Part shown: positions 26,371 through 35,493 of the stretch, in pieces
Position numbering within the stretch: the first letter of the stretch is position 1
How the letters are laid out: each line of letters starts with the position of its first letter
NCBI GenBank assembly: GCA_018817205.1
Contig: JAHIUE010000080.1
Location: 1-49,731 of the forward strand
Direction: 5' to 3'
DNA: 49,731 nt
Source: Patescibacteria group bacterium
GTDB lineage: Bacteria; Patescibacteriota; Microgenomatia; Daviesbacterales; UBA10151
Made by a program: the position numbers and the translations under genes
Notes under the pieces: model-generated
The model's database searches: none
Seen by the model: the letters and a program-made list of their open reading frames with translations, nothing else
What the model was told of the DNA's origin: nothing

Positions 26371-27227
26371 ATTCTAAATATTCTCATCTTGGCCGATCTG
26401 GATCTCGGATTTTGGGCAATTTCACTATCTTCAGGCACTACCGGTTTCTTGGTCAAAGTCTCTCCTAATCCTTCAAGCTGCCATTTTTTAAAAGTATTTT
26501 TAACTATCCTGTCTTCCAATGAATGAAAGCTAATAACAACTATCCTGCCATCTCTTTCGATTAAATTTTTAACTCTATCAAGTCCCTCCTTTAGTGCACC
26601 CAATTCATCATTAACCGCCATCCTTAAGGCTTGAAAAATCCGGGTAGCGGGATGAATTTTCTCCCTTCTGTATCCCACTACTTTCTCAACAATATTAGCC
26701 AAATCTTTTGTTGTCTCTATTTCACGGGCGCCAACCAAAGCATCAGCCAAGCGCCAAGAATATTTTTCTTCACCCAAGCCATGAAATAATTCATAAAGCT
26801 CCTTTCTTGTAAGTACTCGCAACAAATCCAAAGCTTTAACTGCTAATTTTGGATCCATTCGCATATCCAAGGGGCCAACTTTTCCAAAAGAAAAACCCCT
26901 TTCCGGGGTTTCCAGCTGCAGACTTGAAACCCCAAGATCAAAAATTACACCTGCGAATCTTTGATCTACAGTTTCCGTCTGATCTCTAAAATTACCTAAA
27001 ATTAACTTATACTTACTCTTACTTATTCCTTCTTCCTCAAACCTTTTTTTCACTCTTTCCAAAGCCTCAGGATCAATATCTATCCCTACAATATTCCCAC
27101 CCAGTTTTAAAATCCCCAAACTATGACCGCCATCGCCTAAAGTACAATCTAAGTACCACTTTCCCTTTTCTACATCCAAAGCTTCTACTACTTCCTTAAG
27201 AAGAACGGACCTGTGATATCCTTCCAA
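26367..27227 (-). CDS. rsmH: 16S rRNA (cytosine1402-N4)-methyltransferase RsmH/MraW
   Basis: YHRSVLLKEV start, DCTLGDGGHS SAM motif, FDLGVSSLQL, SFHSLEDR. Confidence 0.95.
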   Translation of the reverse strand: MEGYHRSVLLKEVVEALDVEKGKWYLDCTLGDGGHSLGILKLGGNIVGIDIDPEALERVKKRFEEEGISKSKYKLILGNFRDQTETVDQRFAGVIFDLGVSSLQLETPERGFSFGKVGPLDMRMDPKLAVKALDLLRVLTRKELYELFHGLGEEKYSWRLADALVGAREIETTKDLANIVEKVVGYRREKIHPATRIFQALRMAVNDELGALKEGLDRVKNLIERDGRIVVISFHSLEDRIVKNTFKKWQLEGLGETLTKKPVVPEDSEIAQNPRSRSAKMRIFRI

Positions 27228-27621
27228 GTTTTACCTCCACTTCCTTAATATGCTTTTTCCAAAGTTTTGTATCCCAGATCTCAAAATGATCACCGGCCCC
27301 GATTACTGTAACTTCATTCCTAACGCTAGCAAAATCAAGCAGGGCGGACGGTATGATAATTCGACCTTGAGCGTCCAACTCCACCGGTTCGCTGCTACTA
27401 AATAGGTATCTGCGCATATACCTGGCCCGTTCTTCTGTTGCTGGTATTTCAAGCTGCTTTTTAGCCGTACCTTCAAAATCTTTTAAATCAAACCCCCAAA
27501 TGCATTTTTCAAAGCCTCTTGTTAATATAACTACCTTATCTGTAAGTTCTTCCCTAAATTTGTAAGGCAAGACAATCCTGCCACGGCCAGTAAATTTAAC
27601 CTGATATTCGCCCAAAAACAT
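27196..27621 (-). CDS. mraZ: transcriptional regulator MraZ
   Basis: MFLGEYQVKFTGRGRIVLPYKFRE and a second SpoVT/AbrB-like half (DAQGRIIIPSALLDFA); first gene of the dcw cluster. Confidence 0.93.
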   Translation of the reverse strand: MFLGEYQVKFTGRGRIVLPYKFREELTDKVVILTRGFEKCIWGFDLKDFEGTAKKQLEIPATEERARYMRRYLFSSSEPVELDAQGRIIIPSALLDFASVRNEVTVIGAGDHFEIWDTKLWKKHIKEVEVKLGRISQVRSS

Positions 27622-27652
27622 GAGGACATCCTCTTTCTGGGCAGAATATTAA

Positions 27653-27686
27653 CCATTTTTCACCATCTATAACCATTCTCCGCCAT
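27653..27686 (-). promoter_or_regulatory. four phased direct repeats upstream of mraZ (MraZ-box-like operator)
   Basis: Minus strand reads AAAATGGCGG-AGAATGGTTA-TAGATGGTGA-AAAATGGTT. The ATGG cores (plus-strand CCAT at 27653, 27663, 27673, 27683) are spaced exactly 10 bp apart, 32-66 nt upstream of the mraZ ATG. Confidence 0.55.
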
Positions 27687-27790
27687 TTTACACACACTTG
27701 TCAAGCCCCAAAACTCTTTGAGTAATCCAACATGAAATCGCAATGTAAGGAAATAAAAAACTTACTTTTAGGGTTAATTAAGCTGCTCTC

Positions 27791-28096
27791 TTAAGACATC
27801 TTGAGGGAGGCCGGACGTACATTCTCAATGAAACTCCGTAACTCTTCATGAGCAATCGCTACCACTTCACTTTTTGATTGTCCCGGCCAAGGAATAATAG
27901 ATCTCGTTCCAAGAAAAGCTATTACATGCTCATAATGCTGATCAAGATAACCACCCACTCCCCTTAGCTTTCCTTCTCGCATTGCTTCAGGTAATCCAAT
28001 TAGATCTTTAAAGATTTGTTCAGCTTCACTAACTCCCGGAATTCGTTCAACTTTTTCCGTTATAGCCGGCGGTAAACCTGGTTTTCTTTCTAACAT
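27791..28096 (-). CDS. hypothetical 101-aa protein
   Basis: ORF preceded by a strong consensus promoter; no family recognised. Confidence 0.5.
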   Translation of the reverse strand: MLERKPGLPPAITEKVERIPGVSEAEQIFKDLIGLPEAMREGKLRGVGGYLDQHYEHVIAFLGTRSIIPWPGQSKSEVVAIAHEELRSFIENVRPASLKMS

Positions 28097-28102
28097 GCTG
28101 GT

Positions 28103-28131
28103 AGTATATCTAAATAATTTTGATTTGTCAA
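28103..28131 (-). promoter_or_regulatory. consensus sigma70-like promoter giving a leaderless transcript
   Basis: Minus strand: TTGACA (28126-28131), 17-nt spacer, TATACT (28103-28108), then 6 nt to ATG 28096. Confidence 0.55.
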
Positions 28132-28149
28132 ACTATGAGATGAAAAAAG

Positions 28150-29043
28150 TTATTTTTGATTAATTAATACTGTAAATATGCCGGAGCCGGAGGATTTGGC
28201 AGAAAGTTTAGATCCATCAATTTTAGCGTCAAGCTCTTGCCACTCTGACCCATTATACTGGTAAAGTTCTGCATCTGTAGGAGGATTTTCTGCAAGTTCC
28301 AGACTGACTGACCCGCTATCTAATTGCTTTGTAATAATAGTATTGAGAGCATAAACCTTACCCAAAACTTGTTTTCCGGAAGGTAGTTTTGGTACCCCTG
28401 TCAAATCGTTAATTATAGTAAAGCCAATATTAGATAATGCCTGCCTGTCACCATCAACTTTATAAACCAAATGCCCATCACCGGAAGTTAAATTGCCTAG
28501 AGCTATATCAGGTTCTTGCAGATGCCATTGAGTACTCATCCTGTAAGCCTTATCGCCTTTTTTAATATGCAAGGTGAGTGTACCGTTTTCCACTCCTTTA
28601 TCGTATTTGCAAACATTTTTACTGCAAGTTCCAAACAAAATCTCCTGTTCATACTCCCCTTTTTTCTCTTTGGTATCAATCGTTCCCATCACTCCTCTGT
28701 CAATTGAACCCGAAACATTTTCACCATCTTCATCCTCTGAAATTTTGGTGCCGGCAACTTTAATTTCATCGGGAGTACTAGTATATGCCAACTCGTAGGA
28801 AATACTATCATAAGATCCTGTTCTTTTAAGAATTAGGATCAAAGCATTACCGTCCCTTCTTGGGAAAAGCTCTGCATAAGGCCCTTCCGGATCAAAAGCA
28901 AGATCCACTTCTTCAACAAGCCCTTGAGGTTTAGAGGTAATTTTTCCAAAAGCGACCACCCCGCCTACTCCCAATATAATAAGGGCTAGTATTAGAATAA
29001 AAGTAGTTTTATGAGTTTTAAAAAGATTAATAAATTTTGCCAT
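28150..29043 (-). CDS. hypothetical membrane-anchored extracytoplasmic protein
   Basis: 297 aa; N-terminal TM helix (TFILILALIILGVGGVVAF), the rest soluble and beta-rich; no family recognised. Confidence 0.55.
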   Translation of the reverse strand: MAKFINLFKTHKTTFILILALIILGVGGVVAFGKITSKPQGLVEEVDLAFDPEGPYAELFPRRDGNALILILKRTGSYDSISYELAYTSTPDEIKVAGTKISEDEDGENVSGSIDRGVMGTIDTKEKKGEYEQEILFGTCSKNVCKYDKGVENGTLTLHIKKGDKAYRMSTQWHLQEPDIALGNLTSGDGHLVYKVDGDRQALSNIGFTIINDLTGVPKLPSGKQVLGKVYALNTIITKQLDSGSVSLELAENPPTDAELYQYNGSEWQELDAKIDGSKLSAKSSGSGIFTVLINQK

Positions 29044-30325
29044 TTAAATATTCCTTTAGTCCGGAAATTTTTATCCTATCCTGCTTTGTTGTATTTCTAT
29101 CTCTAACAGTCACAGCTTCATCTTCCAAACTCTTAAAATCAACGGTTATACAGAAAGGCGTTCCAATTTCGTCCTGGGAGGCATATCTGCCGCCGATATT
29201 ACCCCGATCATCCCAAGCTACCATCAAACAACTTTTTAGGTCAAGATAAATTTTGCGGGCCGTCTTCACCAGTTCCGGTTTATTGGCAAGGAGAGGAAAT
29301 ACGGCGGCTTTGATGGGTGCGAGTTTCGGATGCAGTCTTAAATAAATCCGATTATCTTCTTGCTTATAAGCATCACTTAAGAAAAACAGTAAAGACCTGT
29401 CAACTCCGGCTGACGATTCAATATCCCAAGGCAAATATTCCGCGCCTTCCAAATCTTTAAATTTCATATTTTGTCCCGAAAACTCTTCATGGCGGCTCAA
29501 ATCCCAATCGCCTCGATGGTGAATTCCCATAAACTCCGACCAACCCCAGGGAGCTTGATATTCAATATCTACTGCTTCCCTGGCATAATGAGCTTTTTCT
29601 TCGTGATTTTTAAACCTTAAATTTTCCTTACTGATCCCTAAGCCGGTATACCAATCCATCCAAAAGCTTTTCCAATATTCAAACCATTTTTCTCCAACTT
29701 TTTCTTCCGGTTTAATAAAATATTGGATTTCCATTTGTTCGAACTCGCGGGAGCGGAAAGTAAAATTCCCCGGGGTTATTTCATTACGGAAAGCCTTACC
29801 GATTTGGGCAATGCCAAAAGGCAATTTAATTCTTGTGGAATCCAAAACGTTTTTGAAATTAACATGAACCCCTTGAGTAATTTCACCTCTAAGAAAAATT
29901 TGCGATTGCTTTTCTTCCAAAACTCCTAAATAAGCTTTTACCAGCAGATTAAACTTTTGAGGATCTGTCCAGGTCGCCTGACCTTTGTGAGATTTATCGT
30001 GTTCTTTTATTTGGTCAAGATTATCTGCTCTAAATCTTTCATGACAAACTTTACACTCAACCAAAGGATCAACAAAAGCTTCCAGATGCCCGGATGCTTC
30101 CCAAACTTTAGGATTCATCATGACGGCACTATCTATACCGATGACATCCTCACGAAGTTGTACGACATCCTGCCACCACTGATTTTTGATATTTCTTTTA
30201 AGTTCTGCTCCCAAAGGGCCGTAATCCCAAGTTCCGGAAAGTCCCCCATAGATTTCCGAACCGGGATAAATAAATCCTCTTCTTTTGCAAAGTGCCACAA
30301 TTTTATCCATTAGATTATCATTCAT
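29027..30325 (-). CDS. glyQS: glycyl-tRNA synthetase (alpha2 homodimeric type)
   Basis: RRGFIYPGSEIYGGLSGTWDYGPLG N-terminus and class II motifs typical of GlyQS. Confidence 0.93.
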   Translation of the reverse strand: MNDNLMDKIVALCKRRGFIYPGSEIYGGLSGTWDYGPLGAELKRNIKNQWWQDVVQLREDVIGIDSAVMMNPKVWEASGHLEAFVDPLVECKVCHERFRADNLDQIKEHDKSHKGQATWTDPQKFNLLVKAYLGVLEEKQSQIFLRGEITQGVHVNFKNVLDSTRIKLPFGIAQIGKAFRNEITPGNFTFRSREFEQMEIQYFIKPEEKVGEKWFEYWKSFWMDWYTGLGISKENLRFKNHEEKAHYAREAVDIEYQAPWGWSEFMGIHHRGDWDLSRHEEFSGQNMKFKDLEGAEYLPWDIESSAGVDRSLLFFLSDAYKQEDNRIYLRLHPKLAPIKAAVFPLLANKPELVKTARKIYLDLKSCLMVAWDDRGNIGGRYASQDEIGTPFCITVDFKSLEDEAVTVRDRNTTKQDRIKISGLKEYLNGKIY

Positions 30326-30927
30326 AATCTTTTAAATAGTTGTCTACTTTTAAGTCTCCCCTCTATTACTCTTTCTACATGATACCGTAACAGCTGTTCA
30401 AGTTCCATAGCCTCTTTTTTACTTATTTCTAATTTCTCAACCTCATCCCAAGACAATAATTCTAATTTTTTAAGTAACCCCTCAAAACTTACAAAACCCA
30501 AATTGCTTAATATTTTCGCCTCAAATGCCCTAACTAAAATTTGTCTTGGATTTTTGGATAGTCTTTGCAATACATTTACCAAATGTTCATATAACTTGGG
30601 ATTTTCCTGATTTTCTGCTGTTAGTTTGTCTACCAGTTCAATAATATGAAAAGCATAAGTTGACAGCGTTAAATCTTCTTTTAATTTTTGGTAAATTTGA
30701 ATACTTTCAGCTTCGGTTAAAATTAAAAAACTTTTTGCCTGGTGCAAATACATGGAAACCCGGTTTAGCAGTTCAATGCTACCTGCCCTTCTAGAAGTAA
30801 TACGCCTTACTCCTTTTGCCAAAACGGAAATTTTCCCCTTTGATTTTGAAAATACAGTTAGAATCCTGTCCGCTTCTCCCAAATTTCTTCTTTTTAAAAT
30901 TATCCCTTCAACCTTGAACCCTTGCAT
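30322..30927 (-). CDS. recO: DNA repair protein RecO
   Basis: EGIILKRRNLGEADRILTVFSKSKGKISVLAKGVRR is the RecO OB-fold N-terminus. Confidence 0.85.
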   Translation of the reverse strand: MQGFKVEGIILKRRNLGEADRILTVFSKSKGKISVLAKGVRRITSRRAGSIELLNRVSMYLHQAKSFLILTEAESIQIYQKLKEDLTLSTYAFHIIELVDKLTAENQENPKLYEHLVNVLQRLSKNPRQILVRAFEAKILSNLGFVSFEGLLKKLELLSWDEVEKLEISKKEAMELEQLLRYHVERVIEGRLKSRQLFKRL

Positions 30928-30937
30928 GAAGTTATAG

Positions 30938-32785
30938 CTACAGCGAAAAACTGAACTCTCTATCAGTTTCCAAATTAAAGTTAGCTACCTCCCTACCTTT
31001 TAGTTTAATTTTATGATGAAAATCTTTTGCTCCCGGTTGTTTTTGAATCAGCAGTTTATATTGATCTTTGGGTGTGTAGGGAACAGTATATTCTATTTCC
31101 AGCTTTCGGCTATTTTGCGGCCTCACTTGGATAAATGCCTCAAAAACCGTTTTCCCCAAATCCTCTATAGTGGTAACCTCGCTTTCTGAACCTTTGGAAG
31201 ATATTAGTTTACTTCCCTTTGGCACATAGAATCTGACATAATCCCGATTTATCCCGTTTAACCAAATCCCAAAAGGCTGATCGTTTTTATACTCAATGGT
31301 AATCTTCTTTTTAAAAGAACCGTCTTTTTGAATATTAATTTCCTGATTAACAGTTTGATCTACATAAAGATTGGATTTTCCGCCGGCAAAGTTTGAATCA
31401 TTAATATGCAAATAATCTCCCTCAAAACCCCTAATCTCTCCTGTCCAATCAAGGACGGATAAAGCTTTTTGGCTGCCTTGATCATGCATGTAAAACATGA
31501 TGTGTTTATGGTTGGCCATCCGGGCAATTGATTCAATCAGAGCAGGCATCTTTTCCACATCTGCCCCAAGTGATTTTGCCAAAATTTGCTGCATCAAAAC
31601 TCCCAGTATTGCTTTTCTATCTTTTTCCCCTTTTGCGGCAATCTCCGCATAAGATTCCAGCTCGTAGATAATATTTGGACAATTACACCTTTTGTCAACT
31701 TTAGCAGAATACTCAGTACCGAATATGTCAATCGGCCCGGTCACTTCTATCATACTTTCCACTGCTTGTGTATCTATATAAATGATACCGTCAAACGGCA
31801 AACCCTCCCCCAGAAGCTGATACATCCTTTCAAATTCACGGGCTGCGGTTGGAACATCGGGTGAAATATTTGAATCTCTCATGCTCCAGGCGGTCCTTGG
31901 TTTACCGGAAACTTCAGGCAGGTATTTTACGATTGGCCCGGGAGGAGTTAAGGGGCAAATTTTGGTTAAACAGACGTTAAGGAGTTTTTCATCCAGCCGG
32001 TAGATATCATCAGAGGTTGTTGCGGAAACCTGGCCACGGTTTATGGTGATCGTTGCAAAAGCCGTTAAAAATCCTCCGGTTGGCCTAATTTCTTTATCGT
32101 TTTGGAAAAGCAATAAATAATTTTTAGGCTGGTCTACCCCTAAAAGTTGCGGTATTGCTGCCAATGCCTCCTTGCCTTCTTTTGCTGCCACACCCGATCC
32201 CAAGATGAAATTCTTCACTATTTCCAAATCTTTTCTTAAACTTACCGTGCCAATTCTTTCCGGATATTTATTGGTATCAATATTTTTGACTGAATTTGCC
32301 GCCTTTGCTAAATTACCTTCAATCTTAGATAAGTACGGCAAAGCATTATTAAGAATATTTACCGCTTGTGTTACCCTATCCGGGCCGCTTTTTGGATGTC
32401 CATCAAAACCCATTTCTATTTTGGCCGGCGAAATACTTGTAAGAATAGTGTCTAAGGCCACGAATTCTTCCACCCCGGCGTTGGTAAAACCTTTGATGTC
32501 CGAGTAATACCCGCCTAATATCGGTATAATTCTTAGCCAAAACAAGAAGCTTAAAGAAATATTAGCTCCCTGCAAACTATTTTTGGTGGAAATAACTTCA
32601 TTTTGTAAACTATCAAATTGCTGCTCTTTGTATGCGGCAATTACGGCTTTTCCATGAGAGGCAGCTCCTTTAAATCCCAAGAAAGCAAAAATAGACGGAA
32701 TAACTAGAGCAATAGCAACAACCACGAAAATCACTAGTAGTCTTCTGCGGGAAGTGTTTTGTTTTCTATTTAATCTTTTAAGCAT
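30938..32785 (-). CDS. DUF4012-domain membrane-anchored protein
   Basis: KNYLLLFQNDKEIRPTGGFLTAFATI is the DUF4012 signature. Start trimmed to ATG 32785 (MLKRLNRK), overlapping the upstream stop by 1 nt. Confidence 0.8.
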   Translation of the reverse strand: MLKRLNRKQNTSRRRLLVIFVVVAIALVIPSIFAFLGFKGAASHGKAVIAAYKEQQFDSLQNEVISTKNSLQGANISLSFLFWLRIIPILGGYYSDIKGFTNAGVEEFVALDTILTSISPAKIEMGFDGHPKSGPDRVTQAVNILNNALPYLSKIEGNLAKAANSVKNIDTNKYPERIGTVSLRKDLEIVKNFILGSGVAAKEGKEALAAIPQLLGVDQPKNYLLLFQNDKEIRPTGGFLTAFATITINRGQVSATTSDDIYRLDEKLLNVCLTKICPLTPPGPIVKYLPEVSGKPRTAWSMRDSNISPDVPTAAREFERMYQLLGEGLPFDGIIYIDTQAVESMIEVTGPIDIFGTEYSAKVDKRCNCPNIIYELESYAEIAAKGEKDRKAILGVLMQQILAKSLGADVEKMPALIESIARMANHKHIMFYMHDQGSQKALSVLDWTGEIRGFEGDYLHINDSNFAGGKSNLYVDQTVNQEINIQKDGSFKKKITIEYKNDQPFGIWLNGINRDYVRFYVPKGSKLISSKGSESEVTTIEDLGKTVFEAFIQVRPQNSRKLEIEYTVPYTPKDQYKLLIQKQPGAKDFHHKIKLKGREVANFNLETDREFSFSL

Positions 32786-33414
32786 TAGACGGCTCCTCTT
32801 CCCGATAAAACTGCCGGAACAGTTTTTAAGATAAGCCAAAAATCATAAAAGATCGATCTTTTTTTAACATACATGGCATCCATTTTTACTCTTTTGTCAA
32901 AATTTATTTCCGACCTACCGGTAACCTGCCAAACTCCTGTTAAGCCGGGCTTACCTGATAAAATAACTTTAACATATTTCCTGGAGGCCGGATAGTTTTT
33001 TTGCTGTTCCTCAAGTTCATAAGGGTAATAAGCCCGTGGGCCTACCAAACTCATCTCTCCCTTTAAAATATTAAGAGATTGGGGAAGTTCGTCAATCGAG
33101 TATTTTCTGATAAATTTGCCTACTCTGGTCACCCTGGGATCATTGAATATTTTATAGCCGTGTCTCTTATATTCTTCCATTAGATCGGGATTTTTTTCCA
33201 AAATCTCATGGGCATTTTGCACCATTGAACGAAACTTATAAATTCTGAACAATTTGCCGTTCTTACCCGCCCTCATTGGAGTATCGGCAAATATTGGTCC
33301 GGGCGAATCAATCGAAATTGCCAAAGCAACCAGTAATAAAAGCGGAGACAAAAAGATTAGTCCTAACAAGGACCCGATAATATCTATAAATCTTTTCAAA
33401 AAATCATAAATCAT
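32785..33414 (-). CDS. undecaprenyl-phosphate sugar phosphotransferase (bacterial sugar transferase family)
   Basis: DELPQSLNILKGEMSLVGPRA and GLTGVWQV motifs. Confidence 0.9.
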   Translation of the reverse strand: MIYDFLKRFIDIIGSLLGLIFLSPLLLLVALAISIDSPGPIFADTPMRAGKNGKLFRIYKFRSMVQNAHEILEKNPDLMEEYKRHGYKIFNDPRVTRVGKFIRKYSIDELPQSLNILKGEMSLVGPRAYYPYELEEQQKNYPASRKYVKVILSGKPGLTGVWQVTGRSEINFDKRVKMDAMYVKKRSIFYDFWLILKTVPAVLSGRGAV

Positions 33415-34408
33415 TGACTACCTCCTTAAAATTTTTTATGAAATCCTCTTTACTAAAGCGGGAGGCATTTTCACTACAATCACCAGGATCTATTTTAACT
33501 TTGTCAAGCTTAATTATAGCATCTGTTAAACTTACCACATTCTGTTGGGGAAAAAATATGCCTGTCTTATTTGGGATTACTGTTTCCAATGAGCCACCCT
33601 CGGCATAAGCAATTACAGGTTTACCTAAAGCTTGAGCCTCCAAACCAGCCAACCCAAAATCCTCAATACCGGGAACAATTAAAGCCTTACATCCTGCCAA
33701 GACTTGCAATACCATTCCCTCATCTAATCTACCGTCAATTATTTTAAGCGGGAAACCTAATTTTCTACACGCTGCCTTAGCCAAATCAAACCTTTTGTAT
33801 TTGTTCGGTCTGCCCATCACTACAAAATAACCACCATCAAAACTTTCAATACCTTTAAACCTCTCCAAATCAACGAACGGGTAAACTACCTTTGCATCCA
33901 TACCGTAAACTTTTTTAATTCTCTTCTTTGCATTCTCTGACCCTGCTAAAAATAAATCCACCCTCCGGGCGGAGATACTATCATATATTCTTAATTTCGA
34001 TAATAGGCTTTCCGCAAAACCGTAATTTTTTTCTCCGGAAAAATGCCATAAAAATCTCGGCGGAGTATGACAGTAACAAATGTGTTTAGTTTCAGGTTTC
34101 GTAATGATACTTTTTGCAAACCGGGTAGTATGGGAGATTACCAAATCAAACATAGAAAAATCAAACTGCTCAAATGCAATAGGATATAAAGGTAATAATG
34201 CCTTATACAAAGATCTCCAGCCGGGAATTTTCTGCAAAAAAGAAGTTATTATTTTTTTGGAACCAAATACTTTTGAAAGCAAAAAATTATTATTGTCAAA
34301 AACGGAAGTATAAATGGGGGCATCGGGATAAATTTCCGAAAGCCCCAACAAAACTCTTTCCGCCCCTCCCCATTGGACTAAATCATCATGTACTATCGCT
34401 ACACGCAT
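33404..34408 (-). CDS. glycosyltransferase family 4 (GT-B)
   Basis: EDFGLAGLEAQALGKPVIAY (E-x7-E region). Confidence 0.85.
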   Translation of the reverse strand: MRVAIVHDDLVQWGGAERVLLGLSEIYPDAPIYTSVFDNNNFLLSKVFGSKKIITSFLQKIPGWRSLYKALLPLYPIAFEQFDFSMFDLVISHTTRFAKSIITKPETKHICYCHTPPRFLWHFSGEKNYGFAESLLSKLRIYDSISARRVDLFLAGSENAKKRIKKVYGMDAKVVYPFVDLERFKGIESFDGGYFVVMGRPNKYKRFDLAKAACRKLGFPLKIIDGRLDEGMVLQVLAGCKALIVPGIEDFGLAGLEAQALGKPVIAYAEGGSLETVIPNKTGIFFPQQNVVSLTDAIIKLDKVKIDPGDCSENASRFSKEDFIKNFKEVVNDL

Positions 34409-35493
34409 TGCCGGTATACCTCCAAAGTTTTTTGGGCTAATGTTTTCCAGCTGAAACTTTTGTGTCTTTTTAGCCCTTTTTCTATTAGTCTAAGCCGTAA
34501 TTTTTCATCGTCCAATATTTCGGAAATCTTTTCTACCATATTATTTGTATCAAACGGATCAAAATACAAACATGCATCTCGTCCTATCTCCGGCAGGCTT
34601 CCGGCGTTTGAAGAAACCACCGGACACCCGCAAGCCATAGCTTCCAAGATTGGTATACCAAATCCTTCTTCAAAAGAAGGCAGAACAAATGCGGCGGCAT
34701 TTCTATACATAGCAACTAATTCCTCATCGGAAATCTTGCCTGTATAAATAATATCCTGATAACTGTATTCCTTTTTAATCTTCTGCCAAAAATAATGATC
34801 AGCTCCTGCCAAAACCAGTTTTAGAGTTTTGTATTTTTCCTTTAATATAAGATAAGCTTTTATTAATCCTTCTACATTTTTATGAGGGTGTGCATTGCCT
34901 ACATAAAAAATGAACGGAAAATCGAATTTTTTTGTAGCCTTGGTTCCGGGAAGTCTATCATCAACTGCCTCCGGCGTTACAACAATTTTTTCTCCGCTTA
35001 TCTTCCAATTTTCAGTTAGTTGCCCTTTCACAAAATTAGAAGGCACTAAAATTTTCGAAGATTTACTTAAAGCATTTTTTAACACAATCTTGTATCCCGC
35101 TTGTTTAATTTTATAAATAATCGGTCCATGAGTTGTTGCCCTCTCCATAGAAAAATGCTGGTGGATTAAATCATGGATAGTAACTACAAATTTTCCATTG
35201 TAAAAAAACGGCACATTAAAATGAGGAAAGTGCACCAGGTTGGGTTTGACTGAATCAAGCATCTGCGGCAGTCTAATTTGTTCCTTCACTCCATACCAGG
35301 GGAAATCTGCCAAAATCTTATGGAAATTATTCTGATACTTAAGGCTATTGAAATCTTCTTTGCAGTGAAGAATAAAATACTCATTTTCTTTATCAAGTAT
35401 TTGCAGATGAGTTATAAGATTTCTGATGTACCTACCTATTCCCGACTGCTGATACATCCGGCCGTCTATTACTATCCTTAAGGGATTTATCAT
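34399..35493 (-). CDS. glycosyltransferase family 4 (GT-B)
   Basis: EGFGIPILEAMACGCPVVSSNAGSLPE. Confidence 0.88.
   Translation of the reverse strand: MINPLRIVIDGRMYQQSGIGRYIRNLITHLQILDKENEYFILHCKEDFNSLKYQNNFHKILADFPWYGVKEQIRLPQMLDSVKPNLVHFPHFNVPFFYNGKFVVTIHDLIHQHFSMERATTHGPIIYKIKQAGYKIVLKNALSKSSKILVPSNFVKGQLTENWKISGEKIVVTPEAVDDRLPGTKATKKFDFPFIFYVGNAHPHKNVEGLIKAYLILKEKYKTLKLVLAGADHYFWQKIKKEYSYQDIIYTGKISDEELVAMYRNAAAFVLPSFEEGFGIPILEAMACGCPVVSSNAGSLPEIGRDACLYFDPFDTNNMVEKISEILDDEKLRLRLIEKGLKRHKSFSWKTLAQKTLEVYRQCV

Noticed and set aside
28775-28785. GTACTAGTATA, identical to the left half plus centre of the trp-operator-like palindrome
   Set aside because: It is only a half-site with no symmetric partner, and it lies inside the coding region of 28150-29043, far from any promoter. 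It is probably chance.
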